A DNA stretch of 64,000 nucleotides, taken from positions 640,001-704,000 of the forward strand of contig CAVXGR010000018.1 of the NCBI GenBank assembly GCA_963761335.1, in the 5' to 3' direction. This document shows, piece after piece, positions 1 through 9,027 of this stretch (within the stretch, counting starts at the first letter, position 1; the number at the start of each line of letters is the position of its first letter). The translations under genes were made by a program, and so were the position numbers. Origin of the DNA: an uncultured delta proteobacterium. GTDB lineage: Bacteria > Desulfobacterota > Binatia > HRBIN30 > BPIQ01. Under the pieces are notes generated by a model, which had not been told where the DNA came from, did not search any database, and worked only from the letters and a program-made list of their open reading frames with translations.

Positions 1-349
1 GCCGGTCGGCGAGGACGCCGGCCAGACGGTGCTCGTCCTGCTCGATCGAGGAGAGGGGAGCCATCTGCTCCCGCAGCAGCGCCCACAGGCGCCGCGCCGC
101 CGGCTCGAGAGCCGTGCCTGCCATGCGATAGAGCCGGCTGGTGCCCTCGGGGCGCGCTGCCACCCAGCCCTCGTCGGCGAGCAGCCGCAGATGGCGGCTC
201 ACCGTCGACTGCGGCGCCTGCAGAACGCTGCAGATCTCCGCAACCGTCAGCTCGTGGCGCTCGATCAGGCGCAGGATGCGAACCCGGGTCACATCGGCCA
301 GCGAGCTCATCCAGGTCAGCACCGCGGGGGCGGTCGAGGTCTTTTGCAT
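1..349 (-). CDS. ArsR-family transcriptional regulator, 5' part only (runs off the window); probably an ArsR-methyltransferase fusion (SahR-like)
   Basis: My translation of the minus strand from ATG 349: MQKTSTAPAVLTWMSSLADVTRVRILRLIERHELTVAEICSVLQAPQSTVSRHLRLLADEGWV. This has the ArsR winged HTH (QSTVSRHL) and stays open past the HTH to the window edge. Not in the ORF track. Confidence 0.85.
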   Translation of the reverse strand, partial: MQKTSTAPAVLTWMSSLADVTRVRILRLIERHELTVAEICSVLQAPQSTVSRHLRLLADEGWVAARPEGTSRLYRMAGTALEPAARRLWALLREQMAPLSSIEQDEHRLAGVLADR

Positions 350-354
350 CCGTC

Positions 355-372
355 TATCCGGATGCTTGGATA
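355..372. promoter_or_regulatory. palindromic operator candidate TATCC-N8-GGATA (ArsR/SahR autoregulation)
   Basis: TATCCGGATGCTTGGATA sits 5 bp upstream of the ArsR start codon. Confidence 0.55.
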
Positions 373-420
373 CATCGGTGAGGGAGGGAGAGTCAACCCC
401 TTTTTGCCGCGCCCGATCGG

Positions 421-2784
421 TCAGAGGGGGTGTACCTTGCGAAGCTCTTCGGCGAAGCGCTCGGGGTTGGTCGTGGGAAGCTGACACACCTGCCGCTCGC
501 AGACGTAGGCGGTCGCCTTGCCGCCGGCGGCGGGTTTGCCGGCGACCAGTGGGGAGAGGCGTGCCAGGGCCTGCTGAGATTCCCCGGGTGCGGTCACGGC
601 GAGAATGCGGTTGGGGACGAAGGTGTGGCGCAGCCTCTCGAGAAACGGCTCCGCCGCGGAGCGGCCGCCGGGAGCGACGATGACGATCTCCTTGGGGTGA
701 TCGAGGTGATAGTCGACCGCCAGCAGCATCTCGGCGAACGCCTGTGGCGTACGTTGCAGCGGGCCCGCAAAAGCGTGCAGGGCGCCTTCGGCCCGCTGCC
801 GGTAGCGGTCGTCGGCGGTCCACTCGTAGAGACGCAGGAGGTTGAGCACCTGCACCGAGTTGCCCGAGGGCTCGGCGCCGTCGTCTGCCGGCTTCTCACG
901 CGCCAGCAGCGCCTCGTGGTCGTCGCTGGTGAGGAAGAATCCTCCCTCCTGTCGGTCCTCGTAATGCTGCGCCAGAGCTCCGTCGAGCCGTATGGCCTGC
1001 TCCAGCCACTCCGCCCGGCCGTCCGCCTCGACCAGGTCGAGGAGCCCGGCGATGACGAAGGCATAATCGTCCAGGTAGGCGTCCCCTTCGGCGTGCCCGC
1101 CGGTATAGCTGCGGCGCAGGCGGTTACCGCTGCGCATCCTGTCGAGCACGAAGCTGGCGGCGCGCTCGGCGGTGGCGGCGTAGGCGGGCTCGTCGAGCGC
1201 CAGCGAGGCGCGGGCGTAGGCGGAGATGGTGAGGCCATTCCATGCCGCCAGAATCTTCTCGTCGCGCGCCGGCGGCGGGCGCCGGGAGCGCGCCTCCCGC
1301 AGCCGTTCGCGGATCGCCTCGATGCGGGCCGGCAGCTCGCGCACCGGGAATCCCGCCCCGGCGGCGACCGCGGAGGGCGGCTCCGCCAGGTGCAGGACGT
1401 TTCTGCCCTCGAGGTTTCCGGCGGCGGTGAGACCGTAGTACCTCTCGGCAAGGGACAGCTGCCCTGGCTCCAGTGCGGCGGCAACCTCGGCGATGGTCCA
1501 GGTGTAGAACCAGCCCTCGCGGCGGGCGCCGCTGTCGTCAGTGCTGTCGGCATCGGTGGCGGAGTAGAAGCCGCCCTCGGGCGCGGTCATGTCCCTGTCG
1601 ATGTAGGCGAGGATGTCGCGCGCCGTTCCCGCGAGGTCTTCGCGGCCGGAGACCTGGAAGGCCTCGAGGTAAGCCGTCGCCAGCAGCGCGTTGTCGTACA
1701 GCATCTTCTCGAAGTGGGGAACCAGCCAGTGATCGTCGGTGGAGTAGCGGTGAAAGCCACCGCCGACCTGGTCGTGGATGCCGCCGGCGGCCATCTTCTC
1801 GAGAGTCAGGGACGCCATGTGCAAGACCTTCGGGTCGCCCGTTCGCCGGTGGTAGCGCAGCAGGAAGCGCAGCGGCAGGCCGCTCGGAAACTTCGGCGCG
1901 CCTTTGCTGCCGCCGTTGATCGGGTCGAGCTCTGCCTGCGAGAAGGCGGCGGCCCGGCGCAGGACATCCGCTTCGGCCAGCTCGGGGCTCGGAGACGGGG
2001 CCGCCATCGCCGCCTGCACGGCGTCGCTCAAGCTGTCTGCCGACTGCGCCACGCGCTCAGGCTGGTCGCGATACACCTCATCGATCTTGCGCAGCACGGT
2101 GAGAAAGCCGGCGCGGGCGCCGCGCTCGCCGTCGCGTGCCGGGAAGTAGGTGCCGCCGTAGAACGGCTTGCGCTCCGGGGTCAGCCACACGGTCATCGGC
2201 CAGCCGCCGCTCCCCGTGAGGCGCGTCACCGCGGCCATGTAGACGGAATCGATGTCCGGCCGTTCTTCCCGGTCGACCTTGATGGCGACGTAGTGCTCGT
2301 TCAGATAGCGGGCGATCTCCTCGTCCTCGAACGACTCTTCCTCCATGACGTGGCACCAGTGGCAGGTGGAGTAGCCGACCGAGAGCAGGACCGGTCGCCC
2401 GAGGCGGCGGGCGGTCTCGAAGGCCTCGTCCCCCCATGGATACCAGTTCACCGGGTTGTGGGCGTGCTGCCGCAGGTACGGGCTCGAGCGCAGGAAGAGG
2501 CGATTGGTATACCGGGGAGTCCCGTCTGCATTGAGATGACGGGTTCGCGGCACGTACCCATGCGGCCGGCCCTCCCAGGCGTTGCGCAGGCGTTGCACCA
2601 GGTCCAGCGGCGGCGGCGAGGCCCCGGGCAGGGGGTTGGCGAGAAAGCTCGTCTCGCCCGGGGGGGGCGGCGTCGCCCGCGGTGCCGGCGTGGCGGCGTC
2701 TGCGGCGCCGCCGGGCAAGCCTCCCAGCAGGACGAGCAACATCAGACCCACTTTGAGAGTCCGCTGGTGCGTCCTCAGGTACAT
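421..2784 (-). CDS. thioredoxin-domain protein, DUF255/YyaL (SSP411) family with six-hairpin glycosidase-like C-terminus
   Basis: Motifs [73 protein letters not shown]-terminal hydrophobic stretch. Start trimmed from ORF 421..3723. Confidence 0.92.
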   Translation of the reverse strand: MYLRTHQRTLKVGLMLLVLLGGLPGGAADAATPAPRATPPPPGETSFLANPLPGASPPPLDLVQRLRNAWEGRPHGYVPRTRHLNADGTPRYTNRLFLRSSPYLRQHAHNPVNWYPWGDEAFETARRLGRPVLLSVGYSTCHWCHVMEEESFEDEEIARYLNEHYVAIKVDREERPDIDSVYMAAVTRLTGSGGWPMTVWLTPERKPFYGGTYFPARDGERGARAGFLTVLRKIDEVYRDQPERVAQSADSLSDAVQAAMAAPSPSPELAEADVLRRAAAFSQAELDPINGGSKGAPKFPSGLPLRFLLRYHRRTGDPKVLHMASLTLEKMAAGGIHDQVGGGFHRYSTDDHWLVPHFEKMLYDNALLATAYLEAFQVSGREDLAGTARDILAYIDRDMTAPEGGFYSATDADSTDDSGARREGWFYTWTIAEVAAALEPGQLSLAERYYGLTAAGNLEGRNVLHLAEPPSAVAAGAGFPVRELPARIEAIRERLREARSRRPPPARDEKILAAWNGLTISAYARASLALDEPAYAATAERAASFVLDRMRSGNRLRRSYTGGHAEGDAYLDDYAFVIAGLLDLVEADGRAEWLEQAIRLDGALAQHYEDRQEGGFFLTSDDHEALLAREKPADDGAEPSGNSVQVLNLLRLYEWTADDRYRQRAEGALHAFAGPLQRTPQAFAEMLLAVDYHLDHPKEIVIVAPGGRSAAEPFLERLRHTFVPNRILAVTAPGESQQALARLSPLVAGKPAAGGKATAYVCERQVCQLPTTNPERFAEELRKVHPL

Positions 2785-2811
2785 CGAGTCAGGACCGTAG
2801 CACACCTGTCG

Positions 2812-2836
2812 GGAACGATTGCGCTTCTGTCGTGTT
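2812..2836 (+). promoter_or_regulatory. ECF promoter candidate GGAAC-N17-GTT (SigR/SigH/SigE type)
   Basis: GGAAC at 2812-2816 and GTT at 2834-2836, about 30 bp upstream of the anti-sigma ATG. Confidence 0.5.
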
Positions 2837-2865
2837 ATAGCTACGGGGAAGCTCGCCTCGATCCC

Positions 2866-3711
2866 ATGGACTGTGACGCCTACAGCGATCTGGTCGCCGC
2901 CGACGTAGATGGGCGGCTGTCGCCGACCGAGTCCGCCGCCGTCGACTCGCACCTGGTGAGCTGCCGGCGCTGTGTGGCACTGCGACTCCAGCAGGCTGAG
3001 GTGCGCGGATTCCTGCGGGAGCGCGCCGAGCGGCACCGGGCGCCGGCCGCGAGCCGCGAGCGCCTGTTGGCGGCGCTCGCGGCCGAGAGCGAGGCGCAGC
3101 CGCCTCGGCCTCGCCTCGAGCTGCGCTGGAGCCGGCGGCGGACGGTGGTCGCCCTGATCGGTTCGCTGGCCGCGGCGCTGGTGCTGATCCTCCTGCAGAG
3201 CCGCACGGCGACCCCGGACCTGGTGGCGGTCCTGGCGAGCGACGTGAAGGCGGTGGACGCCGGCCAGATGGCGCTGGCGGTGCGCAGCACCGACCTGCAG
3301 GCGCTCCGCGACTTCTACCGGCCCAGGGTCGACTTCGAACAGACAGTCGCCGACTTTGGCCGCCTGGGATTCACCCCGATCGGTGCCGCGGTCGATCACA
3401 TCGGCGGGGTGAAGACGACCTTTACCGTTTACCGCAGCTCGGCGGGCATGCTCGTCTGCCGCCGCTTTCGCGCGGGTGCGATCAAGGTCCCGGAAGGGGG
3501 GCGGCAGATCGGTGCGGCCCGTCTCTTCACGGTCGGTGGTGTGAACGTCCTCATCCACCGCGACGGCGACGCCATCTGCTGCCTGGCGAGCACTCTGCCG
3601 CTCGATCCTTTTGCGCATCCGCAGACGGCGGAAGGTGGCACTCCCGGGATGCTCATGGCGATGAACTCCTCGATCGACTCCCGCCTCGAAGCCCCGCGCT
3701 TGCGCCGCTGA
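2866..3711 (+). CDS. zf-HC2 (ZAS) transmembrane anti-sigma factor
   Basis: [19 protein letters not shown]...HLVSCRRC (HxxxCxxC), then one TM helix and an extracytoplasmic domain. Confidence 0.85.
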   Translation: MDCDAYSDLVAADVDGRLSPTESAAVDSHLVSCRRCVALRLQQAEVRGFLRERAERHRAPAASRERLLAALAAESEAQPPRPRLELRWSRRRTVVALIGSLAAALVLILLQSRTATPDLVAVLASDVKAVDAGQMALAVRSTDLQALRDFYRPRVDFEQTVADFGRLGFTPIGAAVDHIGGVKTTFTVYRSSAGMLVCRRFRAGAIKVPEGGRQIGAARLFTVGGVNVLIHRDGDAICCLASTLPLDPFAHPQTAEGGTPGMLMAMNSSIDSRLEAPRLRR

Positions 3712-3802
3712 CCGGCCGCTCACCGGGGAGTGCGCGACCTCCGGATTCCCGGGTTTGCAACAGGCGCTTCGCTTCCCCCGCGCCGAGTCGACCGGGCGAT
3801 GG

Positions 3803-3818
3803 TGGCCGGCTACTTGCT
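3803..3818 (+). promoter_or_regulatory. sigma54 (-24/-12) promoter candidate
   Basis: TGGCCGGCTACTTGCT = TGG-N10-GC with TTGCT. Followed by RBS AGGAGG and ATG 3849. Confidence 0.6.
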
Positions 3819-3848
3819 GACTTCCAGAGCAAAAGGAGGGCTCAGTTC

Positions 3849-5351
3849 ATGACGGCGAATCAGCGTGCCGCGAGACGGCCATCGTCGCCGGGTGCGAAGA
3901 AGGCTCCGCGGGCGGAGGTGCTGCAGCCGCTGGATCTGCCAGCGAGAATGGCGCCGACCGACGCTCTGTTCTGGTATGCAGAGTCGGCGTTGCCGATTTT
4001 CCGGCCGATCATCGGCGGTCTCTACATTCTCGACCGCCAGCCGAATCCCAAGGATGTGGAGGCCATATCGAAGGTATCGATGCGGGTGGTGCCGCGGCTG
4101 CGCGAAAGGGTCGTCGAAGCCCCTGCGCAGCTCACCCTTCCCGAGTGGGTGGAGGATCGGCATCTCGATCTCGCCTATCACGTGCGCCACGTCTGCCTGC
4201 CGAGGCCGGGCAGCATGCGCGATCTTCTGGATCTGACCGCCGCCGTCTTTGCCACGCCGCTGGATCGCGAGCGGCCCCTGTGGGAGTCGTACTGGATCGA
4301 GGGCCTCGAAGGCGGCCGCTCGGCGTTCTTCTTCAAGCTCCATCACTCCGTGGTCGACGGCGTGGGCTCGAGGGCGCTGCTCAAGGCGATGACGCAGCCG
4401 CGGCGGGACAGTCCTCCGGCGCGGGTCGCCCGGCCGCCGCACACGCCGCCGCCGCCGTCCCCGGTGACGGCGACGGCGCGCTGGCTCAAGCTCGCCGGCG
4501 ACAGTCTCGCCGAGTCGGCGCGTCTGGCGGGTTGGGCCGCGGCCGCGCCGCTGCGCGCGGCGCGCGACCCGGTATCGTCGGCGCAGCAGGCGTGGAAGAT
4601 CGCGCGCGGCCTGCGCGGCGTGCTCGCCGATGCCAGCAGCCCCGTGGTGGTGGATCCCCTGGCGCGGTCCACCTCGGGGCTGTCGCGCCGGCTCGACGTC
4701 ATGGATCTGCCGCTGCAGCGCTTGAGGGCAATCAAGGAACCTCTCGGAGTGACCATCAACGATCTGATCCTCGCCGTGCTCGCCGGAACCCTCGGCGAGT
4801 ATCACCGCGAGCGGCGCGCACCGGTGCAGGCGCTCAACTGCATGGTGCCGATGAATCTCCGCTCGCGAGAGGATGACAGTGCTCTCGGCAATCGCGTCGG
4901 CACCTTGAACATCGTCCTGCCGGTCGGCGAGCGGCGCCCCGATCACCGTCTCGAGCGCATCGTGCGGCAGACGCGCATGGCCAAGAGCGATCGGCGCGGG
5001 GCGCTCTATCCCTTTCTCGTGCAGACGCTGACGGTGCTGCCCGGTACGGCTTTTCGCTGGCTGGCGCGGCAGAGCTTGGGACGCGTCAACGTCGCCTGCA
5101 CCAATGTGCCGGGGCTGGCGGAACACCGCTACGTGGCGGGTGCCGAGATCGAGGCCATCTACCCATTCGCCAGCGTCGTCGAGGGCACGCCGGTGGTAAT
5201 GGCGCTCTTCTCCTACGGCGACCACATGAACGTCGGTATCGACACGGATCCCGAGGCGGTTCCCGAGCCGCACCGCCTCACCGAGCTCTTTCTGCAGGGG
5301 CTGGATGAGATGGAGGCGCTGGCGCGGACAGCGGTGCGGATCTCCGACTGA
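3849..5351 (+). CDS. wax ester synthase/diacylglycerol O-acyltransferase (WS/DGAT)
   Basis: Catalytic HHSVVDG, PLDRERPLWE, TINDLIL, C-terminal TNVPG. Confidence 0.93.
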   Translation: MTANQRAARRPSSPGAKKAPRAEVLQPLDLPARMAPTDALFWYAESALPIFRPIIGGLYILDRQPNPKDVEAISKVSMRVVPRLRERVVEAPAQLTLPEWVEDRHLDLAYHVRHVCLPRPGSMRDLLDLTAAVFATPLDRERPLWESYWIEGLEGGRSAFFFKLHHSVVDGVGSRALLKAMTQPRRDSPPARVARPPHTPPPPSPVTATARWLKLAGDSLAESARLAGWAAAAPLRAARDPVSSAQQAWKIARGLRGVLADASSPVVVDPLARSTSGLSRRLDVMDLPLQRLRAIKEPLGVTINDLILAVLAGTLGEYHRERRAPVQALNCMVPMNLRSREDDSALGNRVGTLNIVLPVGERRPDHRLERIVRQTRMAKSDRRGALYPFLVQTLTVLPGTAFRWLARQSLGRVNVACTNVPGLAEHRYVAGAEIEAIYPFASVVEGTPVVMALFSYGDHMNVGIDTDPEAVPEPHRLTELFLQGLDEMEALARTAVRISD

Positions 5352-5440
5352 ATCGGGGCTCGCTTGCGGGCCGCCGGTGCCAGCAGCGCCAGAGAGAATA
5401 CGAGGACGCGCAGCGCCAAGGTGGCGGCAGTCTTCCGTGG

Positions 5441-6682
5441 TCAGGAAGGGCACATCAGCAGGCCGGGATCGACACAGGACGAAAAGCTCGCCTCGACGGT
5501 GCCGTCCTCGCCGTAGTCGATGTCGACGGCGCCGGAATCGCCATAGGCCACTCCCGTCGCGGTTGCTCCCGAGGTGATCGAGAGGATGCCGGCTGTAGGG
5601 CAGACCTCGCCTGCAGTGGAGATGATCGCCGCGGTCGTCGCCACCCCGGCGTCGCCTCCGAAGCAAGCGGAGGAGAGCATGCCCTGGATGTCGGTGCGGA
5701 TCGCCGCTGCCGAGGAGTCCTGCACGATCTGGAAGTCGGTGAAGGCGACGTCGATGGCGGTGCTCGGGCCCGCCGCGGCAATGGTGTCTGGCGGCGGCGC
5801 CGGCGTTGTCTCGACCGTAGCCGCGCCGTTGAGGATCAGCGTGTACATGTTCGGCACGCAGCCGCTGGCGAACTTCTGGATGGTGACCGCTATGTCGGCG
5901 TCGGACAGCTGCACCTCGAGGTGGTCGCCGGCGGCGCTGCTCGCCGTCAGTGTGGCGGTGGTCCGCGCCAGCGGCAGCGAGGTCAGGAAGCACGGGCCTC
6001 CCAGCTGCGGGAGGCCGACCGCGGCGGTGAGCTGCGCTGCCGTGGTCAGCTTCACCGCACCCTGCGCGTCGCGGTAGACCGCGGTCAAGTCGGTATTCGT
6101 GCTGATGCCGAACAGCGGCAGCCCCGGGAATGGTCCGCTGGTGCAGCTCCCCGAGCCGGCGAGGGTGATGGTGCCGTCGAGGGTGCTCGAGCCCCCGCCC
6201 GCCGCCGGCACGACGCAGGCGGTGAGCTTGATGGTCACCGTGATGCGACCGGTGCCGGTGCACTTGCGGGTGACCGTCCCGCCGAGAGGACATCCTCCGG
6301 CGCCAAAGCTGTCGTAGATCCCGGTGAAGATCGAGGGGATCACCCCGAGCCCGTTCGCCAGGGCGCCGGCAGCGGCGGAGACCGGCAGCACCGGCGGCGG
6401 TGTTCCCATCGTCGCGGTCGCCGTGGGAGTCGGAGTCGGAGTGGCAGCGGCTTCGGGCAACGTCGGCGTCCATGTCGGCGCGGCAGCGCGCAGAGCGCCG
6501 ACGAGATCCGCTACGGTGGTGCGGCCGTCGCCGTTGACGTCGCCGCCGCTGCAGCTGGCGGCGAAGATGCAGGAGACGATGCCGTCGATCGCGGTTGCGT
6601 TTGCCCGTCCCGCGGCAGCTGGGCCCGGGATGCACAGCGGCGTGAGCAGCACCGCGGAAATGGCCAATCGCATCGCCCTCAT
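5441..6682 (-). CDS. secreted Cys-containing protein with dockerin/EF-hand-like motif and Pro/Thr linker
   Basis: Signal peptide, GDVNGDGRTTVADLV, a TPTPT linker and several paired Cys. Confidence 0.7.
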   Translation of the reverse strand: MRAMRLAISAVLLTPLCIPGPAAAGRANATAIDGIVSCIFAASCSGGDVNGDGRTTVADLVGALRAAAPTWTPTLPEAAATPTPTPTATATMGTPPPVLPVSAAAGALANGLGVIPSIFTGIYDSFGAGGCPLGGTVTRKCTGTGRITVTIKLTACVVPAAGGGSSTLDGTITLAGSGSCTSGPFPGLPLFGISTNTDLTAVYRDAQGAVKLTTAAQLTAAVGLPQLGGPCFLTSLPLARTTATLTASSAAGDHLEVQLSDADIAVTIQKFASGCVPNMYTLILNGAATVETTPAPPPDTIAAAGPSTAIDVAFTDFQIVQDSSAAAIRTDIQGMLSSACFGGDAGVATTAAIISTAGEVCPTAGILSITSGATATGVAYGDSGAVDIDYGEDGTVEASFSSCVDPGLLMCPS

Positions 6683-6792
6683 CTTTCCCCCTTGTCGCTT
6701 CAGGCTCGTCCCTCCCGCCCGAGCCCACCGGCAGACTAGGTGGATTTCCGCAGCCCCCGCAATGCCTCCGCGTCAAAATCTGACCCTTTCGT

Positions 6793-6809
6793 TGCACATC
6801 GCATGTGCA
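6793..6809. promoter_or_regulatory. perfect inverted repeat TGCACAT-N3-ATGTGCA (NtrC-box-like)
   Basis: 17-bp dyad in a divergent intergenic region, resembling the NtrC site TGCACC-N5-GGTGCA. Confidence 0.5.
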
Positions 6810-6820
6810 GGCCGCGGTAC

Positions 6821-6836
6821 TGGAATGCAGGTTGCG
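6821..6836 (+). promoter_or_regulatory. sigma54 promoter candidate
   Basis: TGGAATGCAGGTTGCG = TGG-N10-GC with TTGC. Confidence 0.5.
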
Positions 6837-7005
6837 TCAACTTTGAGCGAGTTTTCAGAGATGTCTACCGATGGCGCGAAGTTTGTTGGAAAACTTCAGC
6901 GGTTCGGGTATCGATTCGGAGTTGGCGTCGTGATAACAGCACGCGTCACCGGCCAGAGATCCGCTGCTGAAGCTCACGGCTCGAAATCCCCGAAGGCGTT
7001 TTGCG

Positions 7006-7854
7006 ATGAGAAGACGAGATTTTCTGAAGACGTTGGCCCTTGCTGCGCTCGGCAGCGGAATCTTGCCGGCCGTCGGCAGCGCCGACTTCGTCGAGTTCTG
7101 CGCCAGCTCCGCCGAGAGCCACGAGGAGTACCTGCAGCGCTACCTGCAGAAGATGCGGCACTTCAACGAGCCGCACCCGGAAGACATCCACCTCGACCGC
7201 GACACCTATCCGATCTTCAAGAGCTGCCTGGACAGAATGGTCCGTCTGGAGCTCACCGTCGGCCACGGCCGCTTCAATTTGATCGACCTCGACGAGGCGC
7301 TGACGACCGCCCGCGACTACTCGGAGGTGGGCGAGTTCCCCAAGAACGAGCTCGATTTCTTGGAGACGATCTTCTACACCGACGCCGCCCGCTACGGGTT
7401 CTACGGCGACAAGTCGCTCACCAAGATCACCGACCGCATCCCCGAGGACGAGGTGGTGAAGATCCCGCGCAGCGGCAACTACCTCTACCAGGGCCGCCCC
7501 TACGCCACGTATCAGAAGATCGAGCGCGACGCCGGCGATGACGTCATCCTCACCTCGGGCGTGCGCGGCGTCATCAAGCAGTTCATCCTTTTCTTTAAGA
7601 AAACTGAAGCAAGTGATGGGAATTTATCACTGGCTTCGCGCTCCCTGGCTCCGCCCGGATACTCGTTCCACGGCATCAGCGACTTCGACGTCGGAAAGGT
7701 GGGCTTCGGGCTCGACAACTTCACCGAGCGCTTCGTCACCACGGACGTGTTTCGCAAGCTCGAGCACCTGGATTACGTCAACCTGCGCTACACGCAGGAC
7801 AATCTCTTCGGGGTGCGCTTCGAGCCCTGGCACATTAAGGTCGACTGGACCTGA
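7006..7854 (+). CDS. Tat-exported M15 (VanY-like) D,D-carboxypeptidase family metallopeptidase
   Basis: Twin-arginine signal MRRRDFLK; motifs TSGVR, APPGYSFH...DFDV and FEPWH. Confidence 0.87.
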   Translation: MRRRDFLKTLALAALGSGILPAVGSADFVEFCASSAESHEEYLQRYLQKMRHFNEPHPEDIHLDRDTYPIFKSCLDRMVRLELTVGHGRFNLIDLDEALTTARDYSEVGEFPKNELDFLETIFYTDAARYGFYGDKSLTKITDRIPEDEVVKIPRSGNYLYQGRPYATYQKIERDAGDDVILTSGVRGVIKQFILFFKKTEASDGNLSLASRSLAPPGYSFHGISDFDVGKVGFGLDNFTERFVTTDVFRKLEHLDYVNLRYTQDNLFGVRFEPWHIKVDWT

Positions 7855-7974
7855 TTGCGCCGGTTCTTTCCATCCGCTGACCCGGCAGGGGGCCCCCGAG
7901 GCCTGATGGCGACAGTACCTGCGCCTCGGCTCGTCCTTTGCTGTGTGCTGTTCAAGGCTGAATCGGAGAAGCGG

Positions 7975-8373
7975 ATGAAATCGCATCACAGAATTCTGAT
8001 CGTCGAGGACGAGCCCGATCACATGCACATCCTGGCGAACGCGCTCACCAGGGCCGGCTACGAGGTGGCCGCGGCGTACGGGGCGGAGCCGGCATTTCGC
8101 AAGGCTCACACCCAGCGTCCCGATCTGATCCTGACGGATCTGGCGATGCCGCAGGCGAGCGGAGTGCAATTGATTGCGGCCTTGAAAGACGATCCGGCGA
8201 CCCGGGACATTCCCGTGCTGGCGGTGACCGCCTTCGTCTGGGACAACCTCGCGGAAGCGGCAGGAGAGGTTGGCTGCGCCGGTTTCATCTCCAAGCCCTT
8301 CAAGCGCGAGGATCTCCTGCGCGAGGTCGCCAAGCACCTGGCTTTGGCCGATGCCGCGGCGCGGCCGGCCTGA
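7975..8373 (+). CDS. single-domain response regulator (DivK/CheY-like)
   Basis: ILIVEDE, DLILTDLAMP, TRDIPVLAVTA, FISKPF. Confidence 0.9.
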   Translation: MKSHHRILIVEDEPDHMHILANALTRAGYEVAAAYGAEPAFRKAHTQRPDLILTDLAMPQASGVQLIAALKDDPATRDIPVLAVTAFVWDNLAEAAGEVGCAGFISKPFKREDLLREVAKHLALADAAARPA

Positions 8374-8438
8374 GCGACGTCGACCCCGCACCCGCGGGAA
8401 AGGGTTGCCCTGCCTCTCCGCGCCGGTCATGCTGACCG

Positions 8439-8982
8439 GTGGAGAGACGCTGCGTGCTGACGTTCGATGCCTCCTCGGCGGAGTGCCTGGTGTTCACCTT
8501 CAAGGACGGGCTGCTCTCGGGCATGGCGCACGACCTGAAGATCCGCGTCAGTCGGTTCGAAGTCCGGGTCGACGAATCGTCGCGGCGCATCGAGGCGGAG
8601 TTCGACCCGCGTTCGCTGCGCGTCGTTGCCGCCGTCAACGGGCAGGTCGAGCGGCGCGGTGCTCTCACCCCCGCCAACAAGAGAGAGATCGAGCGCAACA
8701 TCGTCCAGGAAGTGCTCCATGCCAAGACCTATCCGCGGATCGAGTTCGTGTCGCGCGAGGTCGTCGAAAGCGACTCGAGCTATCGCGTCAAGGGCGATCT
8801 GACGCTCCACGGGGCTTGCCGTCCGCTCCCGGTGCGGGTGCTCCACAGCGGTGGGGCGTACGTCGCCGAGGCGACGCTTCATCAGCCCGAGTTCGGCATC
8901 CGGCCCTACACCGCGATGTTCGGGAGCTCTGAAGGTCAAGGCGGACGTGCGCATTCGCCTCACCATTCCCGAACCGAAGTGA
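8439..8982 (+). CDS. YceI-family protein with an apparent +1 frameshift near the 3' end
   Basis: FTFKDGLLSGMAHDLKI, YPRIEF, KGDLTLHG, FGIRPY. The family-like C-terminus GALKVKADVRIRLTIP* (TGA 8980-8982) lies in another frame after GGG at 8922-8924. Confidence 0.8.
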
Positions 8983-9027
8983 CCGACAGCGGCCACCGGG
9001 CCTAGCGGTTCACTGCCCGGCAGAATC

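Noticed and set aside
430..2865. Very long antisense ORFs (430..3711 5' part, 3810..6797, 14295..16454, 35892..38042, 57350..60310 and others)
   Set aside because: They are shadows of real genes in high-GC DNA, with Arg/Gly/Ala-rich translations and no motifs. Only the 2866..3711 part of the first is a real gene.
6683..7005. Riboswitch or ncRNA in the long lower-GC intergenic region
   Set aside because: Only short hairpins, with no recognisable aptamer consensus. An Infernal/Rfam scan would be needed.
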